The notes below the pieces were generated by a model. The model ran no database searches and was not told the origin of the DNA. It saw only the letters and a program-made list of their open reading frames with translations. From Promethearchaeum syntrophicum (lineage in GTDB: Archaea; Asgardarchaeota; Lokiarchaeia; Sigyniarchaeales; Promethearchaeaceae): DNA of 32,000 nucleotides. Shown one piece after another: positions 23,780 to 32,000 of this stretch. Each line of letters opens with the position of its first letter. The stretch's first letter is position 1. A program made the translations under genes and the position numbers. The stretch covers positions 2,760,001 to 2,792,000 of the forward strand of contig NZ_CP042905.2 in NCBI RefSeq assembly GCF_008000775.2. The letters run 5' to 3'.

Positions 23780-26700
23780 CTAGGATCTTCTTATTTTTTC
23801 TTCTATAATTTTCTCCAAGTGATCAAAAGTGGCAGGGGAGAAGTTAGGAGATGGTTTAAATAGAGAGTATTCTTTAACAATATTCGGATCAGAGCATTTA
23901 AAATATTTAACATTCGTTCCGAAAATGGATTTTACAATAAATTCCGCAATATAAATTGGAGATTCTTTTGATGGAATGACTACTAAAACCATGAGATCAT
24001 CCCTTCTTTTCCCTTTAAAAATCCAAAGAATTTCTGAATTAGCTCTAAAAAAATTCCATATCTTCTCTAAATCACTATATCTTCCGAGTTCATAATTCCA
24101 AAGATATCCCATAAGAATTTCATAAAGTTGAGTAAAAATGGATACTTCAAGATCATTTCTGTTCATTTCTGCAATGTTTGGATTAAAATAAACAAGTTTA
24201 TCAAAATTAGATTTTTTGTTGAATAGAAAAATTGGAAGTTTAAAGATTTCCATCATTTTTATTGGATGATTATAGAGTTTCTGCCAATCAGATCCATCTA
24301 TAAAAATAGATAACGAATTTTGCTTATTCGTAGTCACTTGATCTATACATTTTTTTATTGTTTGCTTATTTTCTAGTGAAAATACTAGTTCTTGATTAAG
24401 TGTATCAAGAATTTTTACAAATTTTTGTTCTTGGGTAAATTCTGATGGAAAATGTTCTGTTTTCGATGGAATTGTTGATATATCATTCAAAACTCTCAAG
24501 TGATGTTTATTACGTAATAAATTTTTAAATTTTTCAATTTCTAGTTCAAAAACATGTTCAATTTCTTCAAAGGGACATCCATATTTATTGGATTCTACAA
24601 AAATTTGTTGTGCATCTAAATTCCATGGATTTCCATATATATATAAACTATATAGCTTATTTAATTCACTTAAACAATTGGGTAATATTTGAAATTTATT
24701 ATTACCAATGTTTAAAGTCAATAAATTCTGGAGATTTGCAAAAGAGTCGGGTAAAGCAGATAAATCATTAGAATATAAGTCCATTTTGCGAAGATCTTTC
24801 AGATTTTGGATCTCTTTTGGAATTTTCTTTATATTTATCTCTGTAAGTGTCAAGTTTTGTAGATAGGGAAAATTTAAAATTTGCTTTGGAAAATCACCAA
24901 TTAATTTCTTATTTATTGTTATAGAAGTTACGTGATTGTTTTTGGTTGTAAAGTAAAAATCATCAGAATCACCATAATCATCTGGGTCTAAGAAGTGGAT
25001 ATCTTCACCAACTTTTTTTGATAATTGGATTAATTCCCGTTTTTCATCACTTGAAATTCTCGCCCCTTGATAAATATAGGAAGAATTTTTTTCTAATTCG
25101 GAATAATTGGGATTTTTTCCATAGTGAATATAATTTAAGGCATCTAGATCATCAATATAACCGGGAAGGGAATCCAGAGAAAGAGAAGGGAAATATAATG
25201 AAGAAATTCGTCCGAAATTAGAACTAACACACTCGTCAGGTAAACCACCTAAATCTGATTCTAATTTGCGCAATATTTGGACATCTTTTGAAAAAAGACG
25301 CATTCCTTGAAAAAATTGGTTCTTCAGTGATTCTGAGAGACACTGTTTTTCATTAATTTCTAATCGCACTAAATTAGGCATATTCAATAGAGACTCAGGT
25401 AAAGAGAGAAGGGGATTTTCCCATAATTCAAGAACAGCAAGTGATTGAAGATGGTCAATACAGGATGGTATTGATGATATTTTATTTGAACTTAAATTTA
25501 ATGTTCTTAATTCTTTCAATTTTTGAATATGTTCAGGGATTTCCGTAAGGGAATTTTTAGAAAGATCTAAATCATGTAAGTTAGGAAATTTGAAAATCAT
25601 TTCGGGAATAGTTTCTAGATTTAAATTTGATAATTTGAGTCTTTCAACACGATTATCTCTGATTTCTGCAAAATCATGAAATTTTTTAATTTCTAATCCC
25701 AAAGATTCAGATAAAAGCTTCAAATTTTGATATTCATCCTTTTTCTCAAACTCATATAACCCTTTTAACCATAGATAAATACGTTGTGGTTCAGTTGCTT
25801 CGAGTTGTTGGTAATCTAATCCTCGAATTGGATTAGATTTAAGGCTCAAAAAACTTAGATCGGCAAAATTAAAAAGATATTCAGGTAAAATTTCGAATTT
25901 ATTGTAATCTAAATTAATATTAATTAATTTTCTTAATTTCTGAAAAGACGCGGGAAATTCAGTTAAATTATTACTTGTTAGGTCAATTTTTTGAAGATTA
26001 GAAAAGTTACCGATAGAATCCGGAAGGGTAGTCAATTTTTTCCCACATATAGCAAGTTCAATAACATGCCCATCTCTTAATGTGAAGTGAAAAGGATGAT
26101 ATGTACTAGAGCGCATTCCTGAAAAAGGATTATTAGAACTAATTGCAGGAATTTCTTCTCCAAATAAATCTTCGAGATCAAGTAAAGCATCAACTTCTGG
26201 TGCGAATAATTTTAGATCGTAGTAGAATTTCATTTTTTGAACTGTTTTTTTTTGATTAATCAATTCTTCATGATCCAGTATCTTTGAAATATAACCTAAG
26301 TGTGCTTCAGCCAGATAGATTTTAGAATCGATAGATATTACTTTCTCAAAATTTGATTTAGAGGCTTTAAAATCATTTAAAATAAAATAATTAATTCCTA
26401 AATAATAATATGAAATCCAATTTTTGGGATTTAATGAAATACTTTTATTAAATGCCAGAATGCTTTTTCTATATTGAAATTGGTAGATATAATATTTTCC
26501 CTTTATTAATGATAAGGTTGCTTGAAATGTATTATAAAATTCATTTTCAATTTTTTGAGTAATAAAGGAGTCTTGATTATTCTTTTCTATTTTCTCAATT
26601 ATATTCAATGCTCTTTGAAATTGATTAAGATTTAGATAGGTTTCAGCAGAAATTAATAGAATAATTAAATCATTTGGATTTTCTTGAAGAACTTGATCAA

Positions 26701-29098
26701 AACATTTAATTGCATTTATATAATTTGCAGTTTGAAAATAGAAAAATCCATATTTTCTACATAAATCAATATTCCCTAAAATTTTTCCAATATTTTGACC
26801 ATTAACAGGAAAATCAGTCAAATATCCATATTTTTTTTCATCTAACTTAATTAATGATTGTAATGTATCTACATCAAGATAAATTGAGAAAGATTTAAAA
26901 AGACAGAGCTCAGAATCCTTCGAATTTCCACGCGCCATAAGCAACTTTCCCAATTCAAACCATAAATGGTGATTATCAGGATTATTATGCAATCCTCGTA
27001 GGAAATAATTTACGGCTCTATGATAATTACTCCGTTGAATTTCTAATAAACCTATTTCTAAATAAATTTCGTCCTTTCTAACACTTAGAATCAAGGATTG
27101 TTCTAAATTATTTAACGCTTTTTCATATTGACCATTATTGAGGAAAATTCTTCCAAGAAAGAAATTTACTCGGCTAAGATCCTCCTTAATTTCGTTGCTA
27201 ACTTGGACATAGGGCTGGGATTGAATTTTAAAATCTAGAAGTTTCAAAGATTGATTAAAATACTGCTTTGAATTATCTATTTCGCTTGAATTAAACTCAA
27301 AAACTCCATAATTTAACCATATTTTATAATCATTCGGAAACAATTTAATACATTTCTCGTAGAGTTCTCTAAGTTCAAAATTCTTTTTCTGCTTAGTTAA
27401 CAAATTTAATTTCAATTTTAATCCGAAAACATTCTTGGGGTCTTTTATTAATATTTTTTTAATTTTCTCCTCAGTAGATTGGAAATCGTTTAGATGAAAG
27501 TAAATCTGAGCCTGTAAAAAGTCAATTTTTTCTTCGGGGATTAAAATCGGCGATTTACTCTGAAGTCCGATTGTTGCTCTTTTTTGAAGCCCTTTTTTTA
27601 GATGAATTAAAGCTTCTTCATAATTTCCTTCATGGAAGAACATTTGTCCAAGTATTATATCATAATACCTTAAATTTGGATCATATTTTGTCAAGATTTT
27701 ATAGTATGGAATTGCTTTGAAATCAAATCCTAATTTCTGATAAAGATCCCCTAATTCCACAATTATTGCAATATTATCTGGTTTTAATTTAATCGCAGAT
27801 AACAGCATATCTTCAACTCCATCTAATTCATTTTTTGTCATTAATATGCTAGCAAGGACAGATATCGCTTCATAATGATTGGGATCTTTTGATACTAATG
27901 TTTTAAGAACCGCCTCTGCAAAATCAGTATTTTTATTTTGTAATGCACTCATAGCCATTACAAAAGAGGTCTGAGGATGAAAAAAATTCCGCAATAAGGA
28001 ATTTTCTTGTGGGTAATCAACAAATTTAATGATATCTTCATAATGGGGTAATTCTTCAAAGCGAAGATTTTCATATTTTGAGTTTATATTATTTTCATTT
28101 GTTTCTTCGTTGTATTCAAATTTTTTATCTTGCATCTTTATTTTTTTAATTGCTTTTTGGTAAATTTTAGGAGAATAGTATGTTTCAGAAACTTTTTTTG
28201 CGTCTTCAAATAAAGAAAGCGCTTCTCTTAGATCTTCTAAATTATCTGATTCCGTCAAAGTCGAAGCCATTAGATCTTTGGCATAACATATCATTTTTTC
28301 ATTCTTGATACTTTCTGCTAATTTTAACATTGTTTCCGCAATTTGGCCTGAGAATCCAATGAGTTCATTAGAAAGAAATTGCCATCCTAAATCATTTAAT
28401 TGGATTAATATATTTTCTCGCAAATCTGGTTCTTCTTTAAAAAGTACAGCGTATTTATCAATGATTGCTTCAACTGAAAGGGGATCATTTAAGCCTAAAA
28501 TTTGATTTCTTTTTTCAATTTTTTTTGAAGCTTCTTTATTTTTTCCTAAATTTTTAAGCGAATATGCCCAATATTCCAAAGTTCCGCAATTTTCTGGATC
28601 TAGCTTGTGAGTTTTTTCAAAATATGATATTGCTTCAGCGTGATTTTTTTTTTCATAATTAATTACACCTAACATATGTAATGCAGCAGCATAATTTGGG
28701 TCGATATTTAAACAGATTTTAAATTCTTTTTCTGATTTCTCATCAGATTTTTGTAAGAAAAATATATGTCCAAGATAAAAATGAGCTAATAGATGATTTG
28801 AATCGATTCTGATAATATTTTCAAAACACTTTTGAGATTCGGTGTAATTTTTTCGGTGTAGGTAATCCCTTCCCCATCGAAGCCATCCTTTGATAGTTGA
28901 GGGTTTTCTATATTGCCGAATTATAGGAATTCTTGAAATATAATCACTTAAAAACTGATTGTCCTTATCATTTTCCCCAAACCTAAAATTAAATTTTTCT
29001 GGAATTTCTTTATTTTTTGATTTTTTTATTAATTCGTTAATTTTTTTATTTATCTCTTCATTTTCTTCATTTTCTTCATTTTTGCCTGATAAACTCAT
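23780..29098 (-). CDS. Giant TPR plus leucine-rich-repeat protein with an unassigned ~270 aa C-terminal domain
   Basis: The single ORF is 1772 aa. Aa ~60-950 contain many TPR-like units (e.g. AHFYLGHIFFLQKSDEKSEKEFKICLNIDPNY, ALHMLGVINYEKKNHAEAISYFEKTHKLDPEN). Aa ~965-1495 contain four cassettes of canonical LRRs (LxxLxLxxNxLxxLP, e.g. NLQKIDLTSNNLTEFPASFQKLRKLININLDYNKFEILP). I found no GxxxxGK[ST] P-loop anywhere. Confidence 0.85.
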   Translation of the reverse strand: MSLSGKNEENEENEEINKKINELIKKSKNKEIPEKFNFRFGENDKDNQFLSDYISRIPIIRQYRKPSTIKGWLRWGRDYLHRKNYTESQKCFENIIRIDSNHLLAHFYLGHIFFLQKSDEKSEKEFKICLNIDPNYAAALHMLGVINYEKKNHAEAISYFEKTHKLDPENCGTLEYWAYSLKNLGKNKEASKKIEKRNQILGLNDPLSVEAIIDKYAVLFKEEPDLRENILIQLNDLGWQFLSNELIGFSGQIAETMLKLAESIKNEKMICYAKDLMASTLTESDNLEDLREALSLFEDAKKVSETYYSPKIYQKAIKKIKMQDKKFEYNEETNENNINSKYENLRFEELPHYEDIIKFVDYPQENSLLRNFFHPQTSFVMAMSALQNKNTDFAEAVLKTLVSKDPNHYEAISVLASILMTKNELDGVEDMLLSAIKLKPDNIAIIVELGDLYQKLGFDFKAIPYYKILTKYDPNLRYYDIILGQMFFHEGNYEEALIHLKKGLQKRATIGLQSKSPILIPEEKIDFLQAQIYFHLNDFQSTEEKIKKILIKDPKNVFGLKLKLNLLTKQKKNFELRELYEKCIKLFPNDYKIWLNYGVFEFNSSEIDNSKQYFNQSLKLLDFKIQSQPYVQVSNEIKEDLSRVNFFLGRIFLNNGQYEKALNNLEQSLILSVRKDEIYLEIGLLEIQRSNYHRAVNYFLRGLHNNPDNHHLWFELGKLLMARGNSKDSELCLFKSFSIYLDVDTLQSLIKLDEKKYGYLTDFPVNGQNIGKILGNIDLCRKYGFFYFQTANYINAIKCFDQVLQENPNDLIILLISAETYLNLNQFQRALNIIEKIEKNNQDSFITQKIENEFYNTFQATLSLIKGKYYIYQFQYRKSILAFNKSISLNPKNWISYYYLGINYFILNDFKASKSNFEKVISIDSKIYLAEAHLGYISKILDHEELINQKKTVQKMKFYYDLKLFAPEVDALLDLEDLFGEEIPAISSNNPFSGMRSSTYHPFHFTLRDGHVIELAICGKKLTTLPDSIGNFSNLQKIDLTSNNLTEFPASFQKLRKLININLDYNKFEILPEYLFNFADLSFLSLKSNPIRGLDYQQLEATEPQRIYLWLKGLYEFEKKDEYQNLKLLSESLGLEIKKFHDFAEIRDNRVERLKLSNLNLETIPEMIFKFPNLHDLDLSKNSLTEIPEHIQKLKELRTLNLSSNKISSIPSCIDHLQSLAVLELWENPLLSLPESLLNMPNLVRLEINEKQCLSESLKNQFFQGMRLFSKDVQILRKLESDLGGLPDECVSSNFGRISSLYFPSLSLDSLPGYIDDLDALNYIHYGKNPNYSELEKNSSYIYQGARISSDEKRELIQLSKKVGEDIHFLDPDDYGDSDDFYFTTKNNHVTSITINKKLIGDFPKQILNFPYLQNLTLTEINIKKIPKEIQNLKDLRKMDLYSNDLSALPDSFANLQNLLTLNIGNNKFQILPNCLSELNKLYSLYIYGNPWNLDAQQIFVESNKYGCPFEEIEHVFELEIEKFKNLLRNKHHLRVLNDISTIPSKTEHFPSEFTQEQKFVKILDTLNQELVFSLENKQTIKKCIDQVTTNKQNSLSIFIDGSDWQKLYNHPIKMMEIFKLPIFLFNKKSNFDKLVYFNPNIAEMNRNDLEVSIFTQLYEILMGYLWNYELGRYSDLEKIWNFFRANSEILWIFKGKRRDDLMVLVVIPSKESPIYIAEFIVKSIFGTNVKYFKCSDPNIVKEYSLFKPSPNFSPATFDHLEKIIEEKIRRS

Positions 29099-29304
29099 AA
29101 TATGGATTACCTTTGACTTTTTTTGATTATATTATTATTAATTCTTTGAGTATAAAAAAAAGACGATTTTTTCTAAAAATCAGGTAAACAAGATTATCGC
29201 TAAAAAATTTGGAAATTAAACAAATTCAAACAAAAATCTATAGTTAATGAATGTCAAATTAGGATCTCAAAAAATCCCTAAAAAGGAAAAAATTAGATGG
29301 AATC

Positions 29305-29958
29305 GTGCATATTGGTAGCTTAATGCCAGAAAATACTTCCGTTGATGCGGATGAACAATACACGTACGAGATTCAGAATGTCGTTGCGACAGTAATTGCA
29401 GAGATAAAGGAAAAGATCGATTTAAAAATAATTGCGAGCGCGTATCCTGATGTGGAGTATAATCCAGAACGTTTCCCCGGCTTAGTAATGCGGATTATTA
29501 AACCAAAAGCGACAGGGCTTATTTTTTCAACCGGAAAAATGGTCATCACGGGAATGAAGCGCCCCACGGAAGCCCCCTCAGTTGTAAAGCAAATTATCGC
29601 CCGGGTAAATAAATGTAAAGTTGATATAAAAAATCCTATCATTACTATTCAAAATTTTGTGGTGTCGGGGGATATTAAATGCGGGATAGATCTGAATAAA
29701 GCGACAATAGTCATGGAAAATGTGATGTATGAACCGGAGGTCTTTCCCGGATTGATTTATCGGATGAAAAACCCAAAATCAGTTTTATTACTATTTTCAA
29801 CAGGAAAAATTGTATGTACGGGAGTTAAAGATGAAGAAACGGTAAAGCTCGTGTTTGATAAACTTTATCGAGTCGTGCGTGAATATGAAGTGAATATGGA
29901 TCCCTCAAAATTTGGAGAGTTTGAAGAATCTGAAGAAGAAGAAATGTTATTTTTATAA
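29305..29958 (+). CDS. tbp: TATA-box binding protein (archaeal TBP)
   Basis: Two TBP direct repeats are present: IQNVVATV...EYNPERFPGLVMRI...LIFSTGKMVITG and IQNFVVSG...MYEPEVFPGLIYRM...LLFSTGKIVCTG. The acidic tail is EFEESEEEEMLFL. The tracked start is a GTG; the ATG at 29323 (MPENTS...) is more plausible. Confidence 0.93.
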   Translation: MHIGSLMPENTSVDADEQYTYEIQNVVATVIAEIKEKIDLKIIASAYPDVEYNPERFPGLVMRIIKPKATGLIFSTGKMVITGMKRPTEAPSVVKQIIARVNKCKVDIKNPIITIQNFVVSGDIKCGIDLNKATIVMENVMYEPEVFPGLIYRMKNPKSVLLLFSTGKIVCTGVKDEETVKLVFDKLYRVVREYEVNMDPSKFGEFEESEEEEMLFL

Positions 29959-30034
29959 TAGACATAATTTTTTGTTAATTTTTCCGAAAATGGATAGGTG
30001 TAAATTAAGAACCAAAAAAATAGAATCATTTCAT

Positions 30035-30961
30035 CTATTTATTTCTTATATTACTCAATCTCTTTTCGAAATCTGTTTTAGATTCAGTTAAAATCATTAT
30101 TCCTTCAATAAAACTAAGTATACCTGGAATGAATGTCCAAGATAGGCATAAATAGATAATTCCTAATGTTGTATCACCCATATAAAATTTATGGACACCT
30201 AAATCACCAACCACTAATGCTAATAATCCAGATATATTTTGTTGTGGGTCGGAAGATTGAAGTGGATTTGGTGAAGATGTTGTAGGTCTAAAATTTGGAG
30301 GACTGGTTGTATTTAGAGAAGAATTATCTTGATGTCGATAATTTTCTGAAGAATTTTGAAATGCATCCTTCCCGACATGTAACTCCCATTTTATTTCATC
30401 AAATTGACCGATTATATATCCTTCCCGAATTTTCTTCAGAAGTTTTTTCTTTGCTTTTAATGGCTGAATATTACAGGAAATGGCAAGTTGGTTTATCTGA
30501 ATAACTTTTTCGGTTTGGATCAGTTCCATTAATTTTTGTTCAAAAATTGATGTCTGCTTAAATACCCATTGATAATTTTTGATCCAGAAAAGGTATACAA
30601 TAAAATTTACGACGATAGGAAGGAAAATTAGCGTTATTGAAGCAAAAAGATCTTGATGACTAAAAGTAATGATTAATCCCAATAAAAAGGTTAATGGGAA
30701 CAGAATCTTTAAAATGAAATTGATTTGTTTAATAAAGCCTTCTGATACACCTTTTTTTGCATAAGATTGATTTAAAATAAAGAGGTAAGCAATGAAAATT
30801 GTTTGATATAAAAATGGGGAGAGGAAAGGTCCTAATCTTATATTAATTATCCCAAAATATGAAGAAAAAAGAAAAAATGCGGTATTGAGAAAGAAAAAGA
30901 CGATAATTGTTTTTTTTGGAACTTTCTCATGAGTAGAAGTTAAAATTTTGTTTGTGTTCAT
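30035..30961 (-). CDS. Multi-pass membrane protein with a central wHTH-like module and a C-terminal TM2 domain (paralog B)
   Basis: It is collinear with 19182..20147. Shared segments include KLMELIQTEKVIQIN(N/Q)LAISCNI(A/Q)PLKAKK, DEIKWEL, PLQSSDPQQN(V/I)SGLLAL and GDLGVHKFYMGDTTLGI. By eye the C-terminal third is about 80% identical at both DNA and protein level. Confidence 0.75.
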   Translation of the reverse strand: MNTNKILTSTHEKVPKKTIIVFFFLNTAFFLFSSYFGIINIRLGPFLSPFLYQTIFIAYLFILNQSYAKKGVSEGFIKQINFILKILFPLTFLLGLIITFSHQDLFASITLIFLPIVVNFIVYLFWIKNYQWVFKQTSIFEQKLMELIQTEKVIQINQLAISCNIQPLKAKKKLLKKIREGYIIGQFDEIKWELHVGKDAFQNSSENYRHQDNSSLNTTSPPNFRPTTSSPNPLQSSDPQQNISGLLALVVGDLGVHKFYMGDTTLGIIYLCLSWTFIPGILSFIEGIMILTESKTDFEKRLSNIRNK

Positions 30962-31003
30962 ACTTTTTCACGTTTTAGCTAAATAATTATAAAATAATCT
31001 ACC

Positions 31004-31017
31004 TTAATGTATTTAAT
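31004..31017 (-). promoter_or_regulatory. Second copy of the conserved TTAATGTATTTAAT element upstream of TM2 paralog B
   Basis: The 14-mer is identical to 20191-20204 and lies at the same distance from the aligned start codon. Confidence 0.4.
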
Positions 31018-31154
31018 TTTTTTCCTATTTCCTAATTGAAATACAGAAATTTCCAGAAAAGTAATATTAATTAAGCTAATAGCAATTTTTTTTTATTTTC
31101 GTTATTTTTAAAATTAAAAATATGGAAGTTTTAAATTAATAAAATAATAATTTT

Positions 31155-31529
31155 TTGAAAAAGAATTTTCTTAAGAAGAACTGCTATTTTTATAAACGAA
31201 ATATATTTTTATACTTGTGTTTACTAGTATATTATGATATGTCAATTGTGAAAATTACGAACAAACAATATTTAGATGAATTAATTGCCAAAATCACGTT
31301 AAGATTAGGGAGGAAACCAACCCAGCAGGAAATTTTAGATCACTGTGTAAGATTGGGGCAAGATCATTTTGATGAGCTAATTCAGAGAATAAATCCAAGT
31401 CCTATTTTTGATGATAAAAAGCTCCAAGACATAATCGATATGCGGGAAAAACTTTCAAAGATCAAATGGTATCCTGCTGAACGAGATAATTTTATTAATG
31501 AAGAGGATGCGGATATTTACACCGCTTAA
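31155..31529 (+). CDS. Putative ribbon-helix-helix-type antitoxin (VapB-like)
   Basis: The tracked TTG start gives an implausible Phe/Tyr/Leu-rich leader. The ATG at 31239 gives 96 aa, MSIVKITNKQYLDELIAKITLRLGRKPTQQEILDHCVRLGQDHF..., with a beta-strand/helix/helix layout. The gene lies 65 nt upstream of a PIN-domain gene. Confidence 0.5.
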   Translation: MKKNFLKKNCYFYKRNIFLYLCLLVYYDMSIVKITNKQYLDELIAKITLRLGRKPTQQEILDHCVRLGQDHFDELIQRINPSPIFDDKKLQDIIDMREKLSKIKWYPAERDNFINEEDADIYTA

Positions 31530-31594
31530 AAAAACAATCAAACGCATATAATTATTTAGATTTAAAATTGATTTAACAAGGATAGATAAAAAAA

Positions 31595-32000
31595 ATGGCA
31601 ATCTTCTTAGATACGGGATTTTTTTTAGGATTGGTATATCCCAGTGATCCTTATTACAAAAGAAGTGAGGAATTATTAAAAATCCTAAAAACGGGTAAGC
31701 ATGGGCAAATTTTTACTTCAACCTTTATAATAGCAGAGACATTAACTTTGGTGGCTGTTCGATCAAGGAATAATTCAGTGGTGTTGAAAGAAATTGATAA
31801 ATTTTTCAAAGGGGATAAACAGATAGCGATTATTTTGAGACCAGATGAGCAAATTGAAGACGAATCTATCAAATTATTTTTAAAGGTAAATAAAAATTCA
31901 AAAAATAAGACAGTCTCCTTTGTTGATTGTTCGAATATAATTTTCTGTAGAAGGCGTGGAATAGACTCTATTTTGGCATATGATAAGCATTTTGATGCTT
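31595..32000 (+). CDS. vapC: PIN-domain ribonuclease toxin (VapC-like); the 3' end is truncated by the window edge
   Basis: This gene is not in the ORF track because it has no stop within the window. Hand translation from the ATG at 31595 gives MAIFLDTGFFLGLVYPSDPYYKRSEELL...FTSTFIIAETLTLV...VSFVDCSNIIFCRRRGIDSILAYDKHFDA. The PIN acidic residues are in their usual contexts (FLDTG, IIAE, FVDCS, YDKHFD). The frame is open to nt 32000. Confidence 0.75.
   Translation, partial: MAIFLDTGFFLGLVYPSDPYYKRSEELLKILKTGKHGQIFTSTFIIAETLTLVAVRSRNNSVVLKEIDKFFKGDKQIAIILRPDEQIEDESIKLFLKVNKNSKNKTVSFVDCSNIIFCRRRGIDSILAYDKHFDA

Noticed and set aside
23780-29098. I considered whether the LRR giant is a ROCO-type protein with a Roc GTPase or a kinase domain.
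   Set aside because: I scanned the translation for GxxxxGK[ST] and for kinase HRD/DFG-type motifs and found none. Only TPR, LRR and an unassigned C-terminal region are present.
31654-31872. A 72-aa minus-strand ORF listed in the track.
   Set aside because: It is antisense to the PIN-domain (VapC-like) frame, which has the full set of PIN acidic motifs and stays open to the window end.
1-32000. A window-wide search by eye for CRISPR arrays, transposase or integrase genes, terminal inverted repeats and rRNA/tRNA genes.
   Set aside because: I saw no regularly spaced direct repeats, no DDE, tyrosine or serine recombinase motifs in any tracked ORF, and no cloverleaf-compatible sequence in the intergenic regions. 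The only repeats are homopolymer A/T runs and the paralogous gene pairs described above.

Overview
The window is very AT-rich and archaeal, shown by a bona fide archaeal TATA-binding protein gene at 29.3 kb. The encoded proteins are rich in Lys, Asn and Ile. The giant TPR-LRR protein and the WD40-like proteins hint at an Asgard/Loki-like low-GC archaeon, but that is inference only.

The left 16.7 kb reads as a densely packed defence-island-like block with four parts:
- (i) The 3' part of a large P-loop ATPase gene that runs off the left edge.
- (ii) A minus-strand restriction-modification-like cluster: an HhH-GPD/4Fe-4S mismatch glycosylase, a complete C5 cytosine methyltransferase, a PD-(D/E)XK nuclease, and an HNH nuclease translationally coupled to it.
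- (iii) A tight plus-strand operon transcribed divergently from (ii): NurA-like nuclease, HerA-like ATPase, an untracked 49-aa ORF, an SMC/Rad50-like ABC ATPase with no zinc hook, and a winged-helix protein. No Mre11 is present. This is my best candidate for an undescribed system.
- (iv) A second plus-strand operon: a MORC-like GHKL ATPase, a HisKA_3-type histidine kinase core, and a canonical receiver domain fused to an unknown output domain. The GHKL and kinase ORFs are separated only by a frame break inside an A15 homopolymer. The layout is Detocs-like.

The right half carries:
- a MATE/MOP-like transporter and small ORFs;
- two about 80% identical TM2-domain membrane-protein paralogs that bracket a roughly 10 kb segment;
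- inside that segment, a membrane-anchored wHTH regulator, a secreted protein, two tandem WD40-like paralogs, a 1772-aa TPR+LRR protein and TBP;
- an RHH/PIN (VapBC-like) toxin-antitoxin pair running off the right edge.

I found no rRNA, tRNA, CRISPR array, transposase or integrase. All functional calls come from motifs read by eye in the supplied translations; no database search was run.
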